Below, piece after piece: positions 10,768 to 22,478 of a stretch of DNA of 64,000 bases. The notes beneath the pieces were generated by a model, which was not told the DNA's origin, did no database searches, and was given only the letters and a program-made list of their open reading frames with translations. The position numbers were made by a program, and so were the translations under genes. The stretch spans positions 62,001 to 126,000 of the forward strand of contig CDRNVI010000036.1 of the NCBI GenBank assembly GCA_977017575.1, given 5' to 3'. Source of the DNA: Paramoeba atlantica (Eukaryota > Protista > Discosea). Each line of letters starts with the position of its first letter. The stretch's first letter is position 1.

Positions 10768-12120
10768 TTACTTCTTTCCTTGCGCCTTCTGCGCCGCCTT
10801 TGTCACCTTTCCGCCAGAGGGCTCTTTCTTCTGAACCTGCTTGATCACACCCACTGCCACCGTTTGTCGCATATCCCGGACAGCGAAACGGCCGAGGGGT
10901 GGGTACTCCGTGAACGTCTCCACGCACATCGGCTTCTGCGGTGTCATTCGGACCATAGCCGCGTCACCGTTCTTCACGCTCTTCGGATTCTTTTCCAGCT
11001 CCTTACCCGAGCGGCGATCGATCTTGGACTCCAATTCGGAGAACTTGCACGCAATGTGAGCCGTGTGGCAGTCCAGCACGGGAGCATAGCCTTGGGAGAT
11101 CTGACCCGGGTGATTGAGCACAATGACCTGAGCAACAAACGACTCGCATTCCTTCGGTGGGTCCTGTTTAGAGTTACCGCACACGTATCCTCGGCGAATA
11201 TCCTTTACAGATACATTTTTCACGTTGAACCCAATGTTCATGCCTGGGGTAGCCTCCGGAAGTGCCTCGTGGTGCATTTCAATGGACTTCACCTCCGTGG
11301 TCAGGTTCGTCGGAGCAAACGTGACAACGTCACCTGGGCGTAGCACACCCGTCTCCACACGGCCTACCGGCACCGTACCAATGCCGCCGATCTTGTACAC
11401 GTCCTGAAGAGGGAGACGCAGGGGTTTGTCGACGGGACGGACCGGGGCGTCAAGGTTGTCGAGCGCTTGAAGTAAAGTTGGCCCTTTGTACCACGACATG
11501 TTGGCGGACTGTTCAATCATGTTGTCGCCCATCCACCCGGAAATAGGCACGAACTGTACCTTATCCACGTTGTATCCGACTTTCTTGAGGTACATGGATA
11601 CTTCCTTCTTGATCTCATCAAAGCGGCTCTGGGAGTAGTTCACTGACTTGTCATCCATCTTGTTCACAGCTACAATCATTTGCTTTACACCCAGCGTGAA
11701 TGCGAGGAGGGCGTGCTCGCGTGTTTGGCCATCACCGCTGATGCCAGCTTCGAACTCACCCGTACCGGAAGCGATGACGAGAATAGCGGCATCGGCCTGG
11801 GAAGTTCCCGTAATCATGTTTTTAATGAAGTCACGATGTCCAGGGGCGTCGATGATCGTGAAAACGCATTTCGGGGATTCGAATTTCCACAAAGCAATAT
11901 CGATCGTAATACCACGTTCGCGTTCCGCCTTAAGCTTGTCCAGAACCCAGGCGTACTTAAATGATGCTTTACCCATTTCTGCTGCTTCTTTTTCAAACTT
12001 CTCAATCGTTCGCTTGTCGATACCGCCGCATTTGTAGATGAGGTGGCCTGTGGCAGTAGACTTTCCTGCGTCGACGTGACCGATGACAACCAGGTTAATG
12101 TGAATCTTTTCTTTACCCAT
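10768..12120 (-). CDS. EEF1A: Translation elongation factor 1-alpha, copy 1
   Basis: Full 450-aa EF-1alpha with [17 protein letters not shown] and NKMD. Confidence 0.99.
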   Translation of the reverse strand: MGKEKIHINLVVIGHVDAGKSTATGHLIYKCGGIDKRTIEKFEKEAAEMGKASFKYAWVLDKLKAERERGITIDIALWKFESPKCVFTIIDAPGHRDFIKNMITGTSQADAAILVIASGTGEFEAGISGDGQTREHALLAFTLGVKQMIVAVNKMDDKSVNYSQSRFDEIKKEVSMYLKKVGYNVDKVQFVPISGWMGDNMIEQSANMSWYKGPTLLQALDNLDAPVRPVDKPLRLPLQDVYKIGGIGTVPVGRVETGVLRPGDVVTFAPTNLTTEVKSIEMHHEALPEATPGMNIGFNVKNVSVKDIRRGYVCGNSKQDPPKECESFVAQVIVLNHPGQISQGYAPVLDCHTAHIACKFSELESKIDRRSGKELEKNPKSVKNGDAAMVRMTPQKPMCVETFTEYPPLGRFAVRDMRQTVAVGVIKQVQKKEPSGGKVTKAAQKAQGKK

Positions 12121-12506
12121 TTTGTAAAAGAAAGTATCTATGTAAGCAGGTTCTTTGAATTGGAAGCTAACAATGGTAATGCGTGTTGTAATAGGACTAC
12201 GAAAGGTATCGCGCGTACCGTCCCTTAACCTGCTAGGTGATTTATTTGTTTTGTTTAAATGATGAGGATAAGTGACGTAATATCTATACCTGCATTGAGA
12301 AGTAATAAAACTAATCCATAGAGATCTACATGTAGGTCAATCTATTTTGAATCATTTAGCAACCTACATTTAGTGACCAGAAAAGTGATTTTATTTCGAA
12401 TCAAACTCTTCGGAAAATGATTATTTTAAATCACTGAAAAGTTTTCATTCGAGATCTATGTGCGATCTTTTAAGATCCATCAAATTATCATGCACAAATT
12501 AGCTTG

Positions 12507-13025
12507 GTCCAATACCTTGTATATCCAATTTATCCAATATGTCGAAAATCTCTACGAAAAAGCGTCTATTTAAATACATGTATAATGACGGACTATCCAA
12601 GCCTATTGAATGTGGAAGAGAGGTACTCCAGGGAGATATCCTTTCCCGAATGCTATTTCACCTCTCAATGGAACCGGTGCTGCGTTTCGTCCGGTCTAGC
12701 TGTCCCAAATATGGTATTACTTGGAACGACAGCGAGACGATTCTCAAAGCCTTTGCCGATGATCTTACCATTATCACAAACATTCCGAAGGAAATGCAAA
12801 ACGCTACCAATGTTCTGGTTAAAACACTTTCTTCGGTAGGAATGCGGCTTAATGTTCAAAAATGCAGGATTCAGCATATGGTAATGACGGCGGACTCAGG
12901 CTATATGACTCGGCGCCCCCAGATTCTAATCGATAGTACAAATTCTCCATATTTGCGATAAAGGAAGCACATTCTTGTACGTTCGCTCCTGGAGCGCAAC
13001 AAGGGAAAATACTCTTCCGAAAGTT
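12507..13025 (+). pseudogene. Non-LTR reverse transcriptase fragment
   Basis: LQGDILSRMLF, AFADDLTII and GMRLNVQKC motifs. Truncated at both ends. Confidence 0.85.
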
Positions 13026-13832
13026 GGGTGAAATTAATGCAACTTTGGCCTTTTTTATTTCCGATTTCCGTAAAAATAAAATTGCCCCATTAATCACCTT
13101 TTTATAAGATATCTTGCTTCGCTTAAGTATTTTCGGTATTTTCTAATGCCCTGTGGGGGGTGTGCCCGGTTTTCCTGCCATAAAGAGCTCACTTTGAGCA
13201 AAGTTTCTCTGTGGACTGAGGAGGATTGTGTGCAGTGGCTAGAAAGTCACAAACTAGTCGCTCAAAAAGTCGTGTGTTACAGGAAAATCCACAAAACACC
13301 TCACAGCACGAAGCGTATTGGTCAAAGTGGTGGTGCACTAAAAAGTGCAACGGAAGGTACGCTGCACTAGGCCCACTGGTACCAGGTAGAGCCCACAGAA
13401 GTGCGAAACAAGTGATAAAATATCTCATTCTTTATTTTAGAAATTTAGACCCCCCCCCAGATGGAAGTTTTCACCCCTGTATGTTCGCGGTGGACGCCAT
13501 AAGGATGCAGGAGCGGAAGTGGAATTGAGCCAGCAAACTATCGTATCATTACGACGCTGGTTAGATTCCCTTATTGCTACAGCTCATGTTCGCCGACGTG
13601 CCAGGAACCGTTCTTCCATTTCAACAATGCAATGTGATGAGACATTCTTTTCCGTACGAAAACGACACCGCGGACGACATGGTGCAAGACGTGTGCGTAA
13701 GGGTGGGACGGAGGTCACGCAGACAATAGCTCCTACCACGTCAAATAGTTATCCCAACTTTTCATGGAAATCGTTCCCGATCGAACTTCCAGTGCATTGG
13801 TCCCAAACATTTCGGAACTTGCTTCCGGAGGG
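13026..13832 (+). mobile_element. Second Merlin-family element, disrupted and 3'-truncated
   Basis: Probable left TIR GGGTGAAATTAATG. The ORF from 13146 is homologous to 9113-10062 (CxxC start, LGPLVPG, MQCDETF, VPDRT). It is interrupted at 13435 and ends at the LINE 5' repeats. Confidence 0.8.
13435..13479. mobile_element. 45-bp solo terminus of the CAGGGG MITE family, TA-flanked
   Basis: AAATTTAGACCCCCCCCCAGATGGAAGTTTTCACCCCTG matches the right end of the 6096-6641 MITE. Removing it plus one TA restores LILYVRGGRHKDAGAEV. Confidence 0.8.
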
Positions 13833-13922
13833 CAACACACTTTTTATAAAGAACACACTTTTTATGAAGAACAGACTTTTAATAAAGAACACACTTTTTA
13901 TAAAGAACATACTTTTTATAAA
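13833..13922 (+). repeat. Five tandem 18-bp units (consensus GAACACACTTTTTATAAA) upstream of the LINE ATG
   Basis: Read directly from the sequence. Related GA(C/T)CCTTCTTT(C/T)TATTAA x2 at 8581-8616. Confidence 0.9.
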
Positions 13923-15023
13923 TCTTTTATAAAAAGATGGCGAATGCTTCCGGCGCGGTGAAGGGAACAGAGGCCGTTGAAATCCTTTACCGAACCAAGC
14001 GTGTTCGGGGAGTCATCTTTCGTCCGCCAGTACGGGAGGGACTTGCGAAACTTCGCCAGAGGGCGGTGCGTGCGATTTGTAAGATTGCCAAGGTTGGGGC
14101 TGTGCTTCGGGTTGTGTGGAGATATGAAACTTGTTCGAGATTTTATCTTTGGACGGGGAGAGTTGAAGAGGTGCACGTGTCATTGTTCAGGAACGAATCA
14201 TGGTCTTGTGTGCTTCGCGTTCGGTACGAGGAGCGTACGAACACAACCCTTCCTTTCCCCCCCTATCCTTCTACAGGTGTAGTTCTCTGTGCAGTTCAAG
14301 TCAGTAACCCTGCTAAAGTGGTCCGAAAGATCGTGTGTCACCGTCCTAAACCTCGGGCATTGCGTGGCATGCATGCCCAACGCGAATCGGTGAACATTCA
14401 ATGTTCCGCTGTGAAGAAGAGTACTACGGTTGGCACTCTAAACGTGACGAGCTTAAAACTTGAGGGGGGTGATGAATTTTCTATTCTTTGCTGTTCACGG
14501 CTTTGCCAGGTTCTCTCCTTTATGATAGAAAAAGGGATCGATATCTTGTGCCTTCAGGAGACGAGGTTTAAATTTTCTGAGGACGGCCTCGAGGATGGCT
14601 CACTCTACAGGCAGGTTGGCAGCCTAGGGCACTGTTTTCACATTTATCTGCAGTCTGCCACAGGTCAAGATTCTTACAACGGAATGGGCATCATTAGTTT
14701 ACGGGCGCTCGCGAAGGTGTGGAAAATAAGTGGGAGGGTTATGGGTGCTGAATACCAGCTGGAAGATGGAAAAGGCAGCTTGGTAAATGTCTATGCTCCT
14801 ACGCGAGACTCCTCTGAAGCATCACATGCGGCGTTTCTTGGTGACGTGGTTCGATCGTGTCAAGGAGGTGAAGCGAAAGCAAAACAGCGCCCTTTACTGG
14901 TTGTAGGGGACTTCAATGCATCAATTACTCTAACTAGGAATAAAATGATGGACCCCGCGGCTATATCTCAATTAAAAGGACTGATGAGTTTCATAGGGTG
15001 TAAATCTGCTCATTCACTCTGTC

Positions 15024-18000
15024 CATACCTTGGTGGTTCATGAACCAATGAAACTGGTTCATGAACCATGAACCAGCATCAAACCCTTGTACAGTGGTTT
15101 TCAACATACCATGTCCTTTCTCTAAAATGTGTCATTTTTGTGCGTTCTTGTTCATTTTTATAGCATTGGAGAAATATCGGCGAGCTTGTGCCAAAGATGG
15201 GGTCATTTCTCAAAAGTAAGCTTTTTTTTTCGAACTTAATAAAATAAGCACTTTTTATGGCTTGAAAAATATGACTTTTTTGGAATCTGTTTTGGTTTTC
15301 TTCAATATTTGATATACTTATATAGGAGTGTGAGGGATTATGTGTGCCTTGCTACACGCTGTACGTACATTTCGCCCCCATTTACGTGATACATATTCCT
15401 ATGGCACATAAATCAAAGGCACGTACATCGAAACGTCGAACAACTGAGGACGTTGATCCAAATCAGCCTTCTGAAAACAACTCCAACACTGCGCCAAATG
15501 AGATTTCATCAGCGAACACCATTCCTCCAGATCTAACATCGCGAAAGGCGAGACGCGATGCTACGGTCGTGTTGGAAGAAGCCTTAAGAAGCTCCCCCAC
15601 ACAAGCTCAAGCCCATGCAAAAGCTCGTAACACGCAGAACTCGCGCACTCCAATCCGGGTGCGCAAAGCGATTAGCCTCCTGTCGAGTCCTAGTGTCATA
15701 GCACAATGGGATATTGTGCTATGTAAAACATCCAATACCGAATGTGCCAACTGGCTTCGGAAAAATGAAACTTGTGAGAACACCCCCCGAGACAGCATGA
15801 ACCAGCATGTGCACCTGCAGTGTAAAACATGCAAAATTGTAACGCACACAAAAGTCCAGTCCCCTTTGAGCAATCATCAAAAGTGGTGTCGTCCACCACC
15901 ACCTGCTCTTCTCGAGAATAACATTGGGACCGTGGACACTAATTCGGGGACACCGGAAAGATTTGCACATGTGGTACTTCCTCTGCCTTTCTCAACTACT
16001 TCCTTCCCCGTATCTTCGTTCTTGAAATTTATCAAAACACATGAGCAGCACCGACCCCTTATGTCCACCGAGACAGCTATTCAAGTTCTTCCGAAAGACG
16101 CCCGTGTGCTCAAAGCAGACATGCAATACCTAGCGGAACGACTCTGGGGACCAATTAGACGAACTGTTGACGAGTATGCATTTTTTGGTCTAGCAATTGA
16201 TGCAGGCATCGACCCTGTACTCCGCGAACATGTTCTTGTAGCGGTTCTCTATGTGGGACATCATCAATGGCTAATGCCACCGATGTATCACCCGAAGTAT
16301 GGCGCTTTCAGTGGTAAGGATACCGCCGAAATTGTTATACGTGAATTGCAACACTGTTTGGAAGTAGCTCGTCTATCCAAACTGGCGTATCTCATAGTCG
16401 ATGGATGCGCAGTGAACCATGTAGCTAGGAATGAAGCGAGTGGTGTATTGCTAAAAGTATTTGAGAGCATTGTTCCTCTTGGAGATGCGGATTGGAATGA
16501 CTTTGCGACAAATTTCCAGGCTTCACATCCCCATATTGTCCTAATTCCGTGCATTGGGCATCTTCTCAACAACGTTGCGAAAGACGCATCCAAGGATTAT
16601 GAAGATACTCCTCTTTTCCAGCTACGAAAGTACTACACTCAAGCATTTCATGGCCAAGGAACTCGACGAGCGGAGTATGCTGGTGTTGCTCTTGAAGCTC
16701 GACTTACTGAGTTTGACGAAACTTCGCAGTCCGCCGAAGAAACCTTGTTCCAGTGGTATGGAATGCTTGGATCAAAGCAATTGGATGAGGCTTCAAAGGA
16801 ACAAGCACTCGCGACCTTGCGGAATGCCCTAACTTCTCCAGAGTTATCCCCATGGCACAAAAATTGCAAGATGAACTTTCGATAAATTCCAGCATGGAAG
16901 AAAAGCATGATACGCTTTGTAAAGCGCTTCCGAGTTTGCGAATGGAACTTGAGGAAGCTAAGCGTGAACGCGTACGTACGACACCTAAACTTGGTGGTGT
17001 CACGCGCTGGATAGCGGATAAATTCACGTGTATTGAGTATATATCAACAGAATTGCCAACAATGGTAAATTTGTAACCCACATAGTTAGCAAACCTACAC
17101 GCATTTCTCCTGCGTCCATATGTTCATGCTATGACATTCCCAAAGTTCCTGGCGCAGTTGACGCAATCATGTCTGAGGGGAAGGCTTTTTTAAAGCGCAT
17201 GGAACCTCTGCGTACTTCCCTAAATCTCTTTTCTGACGAGAACAACGTCGCCATTGCGACGTGTGTTGAAAGCACACTTAGAATGCTTCGTAAGGAAGGG
17301 CTTTCAAATCCTCCACTCGCCGCTGCTCTCCAGCACCACGAGAGTCGTCTCAACAAAAATCACGCAACTTCGTTTTGGAAGGACGTTCGTTGGGTAGCCC
17401 TACATTCATCATATGGACGGCACGAACGCAAAATTATGCGCCGATCACTTGTGCTCGAGCAAACGATCTTCTAAAGAATAATGTTCCCATGTTTCACTGC
17501 ACAGAGGCGGTATGGGAAACTTATGTGACACACAAAAATTACAAGTGGCCTGGAGTAGCTTGTACGGACATTGAATGGTGGGAGAAAGTAGGGCGCTACG
17601 ATTTTCCGGAAGTCTACCCTCTTGCGCAACATTATCTGTTTGTCCCGCCGGTTGTCACATATTGTGATTCTGTGCCTTCAATGACGACACACAAGTAAAA
17701 TTCTAGGCAAGCGTCCATGACTCCCGGAAACGTTTCAATGCAAATGTTTCTTTACGCCAACAGCAAGTCTGTCGCGGAACTCATGGATATGACATCCGTT
17801 CTTTAGCAATTTTTAGTATTAAGCAGCCAGGTATCAGCAACCCTGTATAGTCGTTTTAGAGCACACACCCACAGCTCTGTTTATAAAATAATAGTATTAA
17901 AATCTCTGTTTGTTTCTATCCTCTCATCGTGTCTAAGGGTTTCTGTCGTTTGCCGTGGTGTCGCGAACATGCAATGTTTAAGAGTTTTAGTAGTAAGTGA

Positions 18001-18441
18001 CCAGGGATTAGCAACCCTGTAAAACATTTTTAGAGCACACATCCACAGCTCTGTTTTCTTAATTATCCTCCCATCTTATCTAAGGGTTTCTGTGGTTTAC
18101 CCTAGTGTGGCGAACATGTAATATACAGGATCGAGGGCTAGTGACTAAATATGTATACAATATGTGTATAAACTTATGCATTACATGTACATGTAAATAT
18201 AATCTAAAATATATTTAAGTTAGTATGTATTATATTTTATTACATTCCGTTACCATGATATGCTAGTAGCAGTAGTAAGAGCTCCTTGTTCTCACCCCTT
18301 CTCTTCACCTCTTGACACCGTGCCGTACCATCAACCCTTGATCACTCCTGTTAGCACCCTCGTTAGTACTGGTTCATGAACCATTTCATGAAAACAGTGG
18401 TTCATGAAGTGGTTCATTGGTTCATGAAGCACCAAGGTATG
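15024..18441 (+). mobile_element. hAT-like DNA transposon, 3418 bp, transposase broken by frameshifts/stops (15344-~17800)
   Basis: TIRs CATACCTTGGTGGTTCATGAACCAATGAA and TTCATTGGTTCATGAAGCACCAAGGTATG, flanked by TCTGTC (15018-23, 18442-47). BED-like CKTC...NHQKWC, AIDAG, IVDG..N, CIGHLLNN, VTRW and YPLAQHYL.VP (dimerisation domain). Confidence 0.88.
17820..18125 (+). repeat. Two imperfect ~130-170-bp direct repeats in the 3' region of the hAT element
   Basis: CCAGG..AGCAACCCTGTA...TTTAGAGCACACA.CCACAGCTCTGTTT...TCTAAGGGTTTCTGT..GCGAACATG occurs at ~17829 and ~18001. Confidence 0.8.
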
Positions 18442-19247
18442 TCTGTCCCAGTCGGCGAAAATGGACGTGCGAGCTACCTTGCAGAGGAAAAGAAAGCCAA
18501 AAAGTTAACAGATCAGTTGAAGGGAAAAATAAAACATGAAAGACGAATGAAGTTATAAACGGGAAAGTTATAAACCGCGTAAAAAGACAATTGGACGATA
18601 TTTTAGTGGGTGATCGGTTCTCCTCCAGCGTTTGTGCCCACGAGGTTCTTAAAGCACCTATTCCTACGACGCACTGTGTCGTCATGGCAAATGTAAATAT
18701 TCAGTGGCGCACTGGGAATCGTAGGGGGGCAGGTCGGGTTCCATGGGCTCAACTGAGAGACGAAGAGCGAAGGCTTATGAAGAATTTTAAAAGCGAAAGC
18801 TCATGAAGAATTTTTGACGATACATTGTCCCTCCACTCTGGCTTTAAAGGTGCAATGTAAACGGTAATCAGCATTTATCAATATACATGTAAATATCACA
18901 ATTCTGGGCACCTTTTTTAGTTTGGGCCCCGGCTTCTCTCTCTTTGCAGAATTCATTGATGAGTTTTGCACTTTCTCTTGAGTACTCGTTTGGTTATTCA
19001 TCGCTCAACTGTTTCGTCGTCACTTTCAATTCGTATAATTCGCATGGTTGTGGGTGTGGTGTGGGTTTCGTGTGGGTGTGTAAAGGTGGTTTCTTTTCAA
19101 TTCGTATTATTGGTTCCCAAATCCTCCGGTTACTACTCCCCCTCTGACTAATTTTGATAAAGATAAATCATAATCTCAAAAATAGTCTCGTGTCATACTA
19201 TGCCATCCACAGAAGAGGTGCGCATCCGCGACGACAAAACACGAAAA

Positions 19248-19838
19248 CTATGCCTTCGAAATAAGAGTTTGCAAAAATCGAATAGTACATTTATGCGACA
19301 TACCATCTATTCGTCCTCTAAGTTGCACGTTCCCTTCAACATCCAAAACGGTCATAGAGGAAGGTAAGTGTGTGAAGATAACTTCACCTTCGAAATTGTT
19401 AAAGCCAAGATCCATGCAGCGCAACTGCTTTGGCAAGAAACACAACTCTACAGAACCTGAAAACATATTTTCACGAAGAGATAAATCTTCAAGTTTTGAC
19501 GGAAGAGACCGAAACGGCACTCGCCCGTCCAGATTATTCAGAATCCTTACCATTTCACAAAAAGGTCCTAAATCCAATGAAATAAGTGTGTCCGGGAGGT
19601 ACTCCCATGATGGGGTACCTGCAAGTCCGTGGCCCGACCAGATAATGTTCACAATTTCTCCTTTTTCGTTGCAATGTATGCCGACCCACTCCTCGATGGG
19701 GGTACTTTCATTCCAATGTGGTAGTAGACCTGTCACATTCGCCGTGAAACGAACTAGATCGTATACAGGAGGAAGCCGAGTACCGCTTACTTTGTTGGAT
19801 CCTTGGTAGGATACACTATCGGCCGCCAAGATAAACAT
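19248..19838 (-). CDS. LRR-family protein (part of the duplicated LRR-EF1alpha unit)
   Basis: WVGIHC cap and LP/LDL..N.F.G repeats. ATG at 19838. A signal-peptide-like upstream ATG frame is out of register, so a 5' frameshift is possible. Confidence 0.75.
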   Translation of the reverse strand: MFILAADSVSYQGSNKVSGTRLPPVYDLVRFTANVTGLLPHWNESTPIEEWVGIHCNEKGEIVNIIWSGHGLAGTPSWEYLPDTLISLDLGPFCEMVRILNNLDGRVPFRSLPSKLEDLSLRENMFSGSVELCFLPKQLRCMDLGFNNFEGEVIFTHLPSSMTVLDVEGNVQLRGRIDGMSHKCTIRFLQTLISKA

Positions 19839-20180
19839 TGAAATAAGAAAACAAAACAATAAAATATGCAGTAAGGATATTTTCTCGCATATTTAACACC
19901 TTTGATAGTCGTACTACGCAAATTATAAGAGAAAGAATTTCGGCCTAAAAAATATTTCAAGTTATAATTCTGACATGACAAAAATAAGTAATCATCTAAG
20001 TGATATTCTTTTATAATGCGTACTTCATTTCCTTGACAAAAATTTGGAATAAAAAGTTTGGTTTCTTTCAGAAATAACTTTTCAATGTCTCTTGATTCTA
20101 CAACTATCACAAAACTAATCTTCCAAATAATAACGTGCTTCTTCGCCCATATTACCACTAACACAAGACACGAAAAAGAC

Positions 20181-21533
20181 TTACTTCTTTCCTTGCGCCT
20201 TCTGCGCCGCCTTTGTCACCTTTCCGCCAGAGGGCTCTTTCTTCTGAACCTGCTTGATCACACCCACTGCCACCGTTTGTCGCATATCCCGGACAGCGAA
20301 ACGGCCGAGGGGTGGGTACTCCGTGAACGTCTCCACGCACATCGGCTTCTGCGGTGTCATTCGGACCATAGCCGCGTCACCGTTCTTCACGCTCTTCGGA
20401 TTCTTTTCCAGCTCCTTACCCGAGCGGCGATCGATCTTGGACTCCAATTCGGAGAACTTGCACGCAATGTGAGCCGTGTGGCAGTCCAGCACGGGAGCAT
20501 AGCCTTGGGAGATCTGACCCGGGTGATTGAGCACAATGACCTGAGCAACAAACGACTCGCATTCCTTCGGTGGGTCCTGTTTAGAGTTACCGCACACGTA
20601 TCCTCGGCGAATATCCTTTACAGATACATTTTTCACGTTGAACCCAATGTTCATGCCTGGGGTAGCCTCCGGAAGTGCCTCGTGGTGCATTTCAATGGAC
20701 TTCACCTCCGTGGTCAGGTTCGTCGGAGCAAACGTGACAACGTCACCTGGGCGTAGCACACCCGTCTCCACACGGCCTACCGGCACCGTACCAATGCCGC
20801 CGATCTTGTACACGTCCTGAAGAGGGAGACGCAGGGGTTTGTCGACGGGACGGACCGGGGCGTCAAGGTTGTCGAGCGCTTGAAGTAAAGTTGGCCCTTT
20901 GTACCACGACATGTTGGCGGACTGTTCAATCATGTTGTCGCCCATCCACCCGGAAATAGGCACGAACTGTACCTTATCCACGTTGTATCCGACTTTCTTG
21001 AGGTACATGGATACTTCCTTCTTGATCTCATCAAAGCGGCTCTGGGAGTAGTTCACTGACTTGTCATCCATCTTGTTCACAGCTACAATCATTTGCTTTA
21101 CACCCAGCGTGAATGCGAGGAGGGCGTGCTCGCGTGTTTGGCCATCACCGCTGATGCCAGCTTCGAACTCACCCGTACCGGAAGCGATGACGAGAATAGC
21201 GGCATCGGCCTGGGAAGTTCCCGTAATCATGTTTTTAATGAAGTCACGATGTCCAGGGGCGTCGATGATCGTGAAAACGCATTTCGGGGATTCGAATTTC
21301 CACAAAGCAATATCGATCGTAATACCACGTTCGCGTTCCGCCTTAAGCTTGTCCAGAACCCAGGCGTACTTAAATGATGCTTTACCCATTTCTGCTGCTT
21401 CTTTTTCAAACTTCTCAATCGTTCGCTTGTCGATACCGCCGCATTTGTAGATGAGGTGGCCTGTGGCAGTAGACTTTCCTGCGTCGACGTGACCGATGAC
21501 AACCAGGTTAATGTGAATCTTTTCTTTACCCAT
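20181..21533 (-). CDS. EEF1A: Translation elongation factor 1-alpha, copy 2
   Basis: Protein identical to copy 1. Confidence 0.99.
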   Translation of the reverse strand: MGKEKIHINLVVIGHVDAGKSTATGHLIYKCGGIDKRTIEKFEKEAAEMGKASFKYAWVLDKLKAERERGITIDIALWKFESPKCVFTIIDAPGHRDFIKNMITGTSQADAAILVIASGTGEFEAGISGDGQTREHALLAFTLGVKQMIVAVNKMDDKSVNYSQSRFDEIKKEVSMYLKKVGYNVDKVQFVPISGWMGDNMIEQSANMSWYKGPTLLQALDNLDAPVRPVDKPLRLPLQDVYKIGGIGTVPVGRVETGVLRPGDVVTFAPTNLTTEVKSIEMHHEALPEATPGMNIGFNVKNVSVKDIRRGYVCGNSKQDPPKECESFVAQVIVLNHPGQISQGYAPVLDCHTAHIACKFSELESKIDRRSGKELEKNPKSVKNGDAAMVRMTPQKPMCVETFTEYPPLGRFAVRDMRQTVAVGVIKQVQKKEPSGGKVTKAAQKAQGKK

Positions 21534-22234
21534 TTTGTAAAAGAAAGTATCTATGTAAGCAGGTTCTTTGAATTGGAAGCTAACAATGGTAATGCGTGTT
21601 GTAATAGGACTACGAAAGGTATCGCGCGTACCGTCCCTTAACCTGCTAGGTGATTTATTTGTTTTGTTTAAATGATGAGGATAAGTGACGTAATATCTAT
21701 ACCTGCATTGAGAAGTAATAAAACTAATCCATAGAGATCTACATGTAGGTCAATCTATTTTGAATCATTTAGCAACCTACATTTAGTGACCAGAAAAGTG
21801 ATTTTATTTCGAATCAAACTCTTCGGAAAATGATTATTTTAAATCACTGAAAAGTTTTCATTCGAGATCTATGTGCGATCTTTTAAGATCCATCAAATTA
21901 TCATGCACAAATTAGCTTGGTCCAATACACCCCCGTTCATGCCATATTGTTACAGTTTTCCTGGACGTATGAGGTGCGCTAAAGGGGAAATAATGTCTGT
22001 TTTGAAGAGATCTCGGCAGGGGCTCCCGAGGAAAAATATTGCAAGGAACTGAAATATCGCATTGTGGAATCTTGTGTCGACCTAAAAAGTTTATTTGGAC
22101 TGAACTTGTGGAACCTTCTGTCGACCTAAAAAGTCAATTTTGACGGAAACCTTTGTTGGAGAAGACGGAAAGGATGAGTCAGAAGAGGAGCATATTTCTA
22201 CAACTTCTACAATCTATTAAGATGAGACGCTCAG

Positions 22235-22465
22235 CGCCAGTACCACCTGAAAGATGACTGTTCCAGAGAAGGCCACAAGGAGCTCCCGACCATTCTTTCC
22301 CATGCTGAGTGTGTCCGGCATCAGTGAAATTTAAAATTTGATTATAAAAATAAATAAATCTTTCTTAAATACGGATCTTACTATCATACAAAAGTAGATA
22401 CTATAATTTATCTATTTATCTCACGAAGAAAATACCAAAAGGGATTGTATCCTTTTCCCCTCCCA
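22235..22465 (-). repeat. Dispersed repeat shared with 48570-48740 (unclassified TE remnant)
   Basis: rc ACTGATGCCGGACACACTCAGCATGGGAAAGAATGGTCGGGA versus ACTGAAGCCTGACACACTCAGCATGGGAAAGCATGGTCGGGA at 48641. A CAATCCCTTTT(T)GG block is also shared. Confidence 0.7.
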
Positions 22466-22478
22466 CATAATGCCCATA

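Larger units (their letters stand above)
13937..18860 (+). pseudogene. APE-type LINE ORF (N-terminal beta-barrel-like domain + endonuclease), interrupted by the hAT element and 3'-truncated
   Basis: GTLNV, DILCLQETR, NVYAPT and VVGDFNA. After removing 15024-18447 the frame continues HSLCPSRRKWT, with a later QLDDILV...THCVV segment (EEP C-terminus). Confidence 0.85.

Noticed and set aside
13833-13922. Regular short repeats as a possible CRISPR array
   Set aside because: The units are contiguous with no spacers, there are no cas genes, and the context is eukaryotic.
15092-15105. CAGTGGTTTTCAAC looks like a Charlie/Buster hAT TIR
   Set aside because: No inverted partner was found. The true ends (CATAC/GTATG), supported by TSD and restored host frame, lie at 15024 and 18441.
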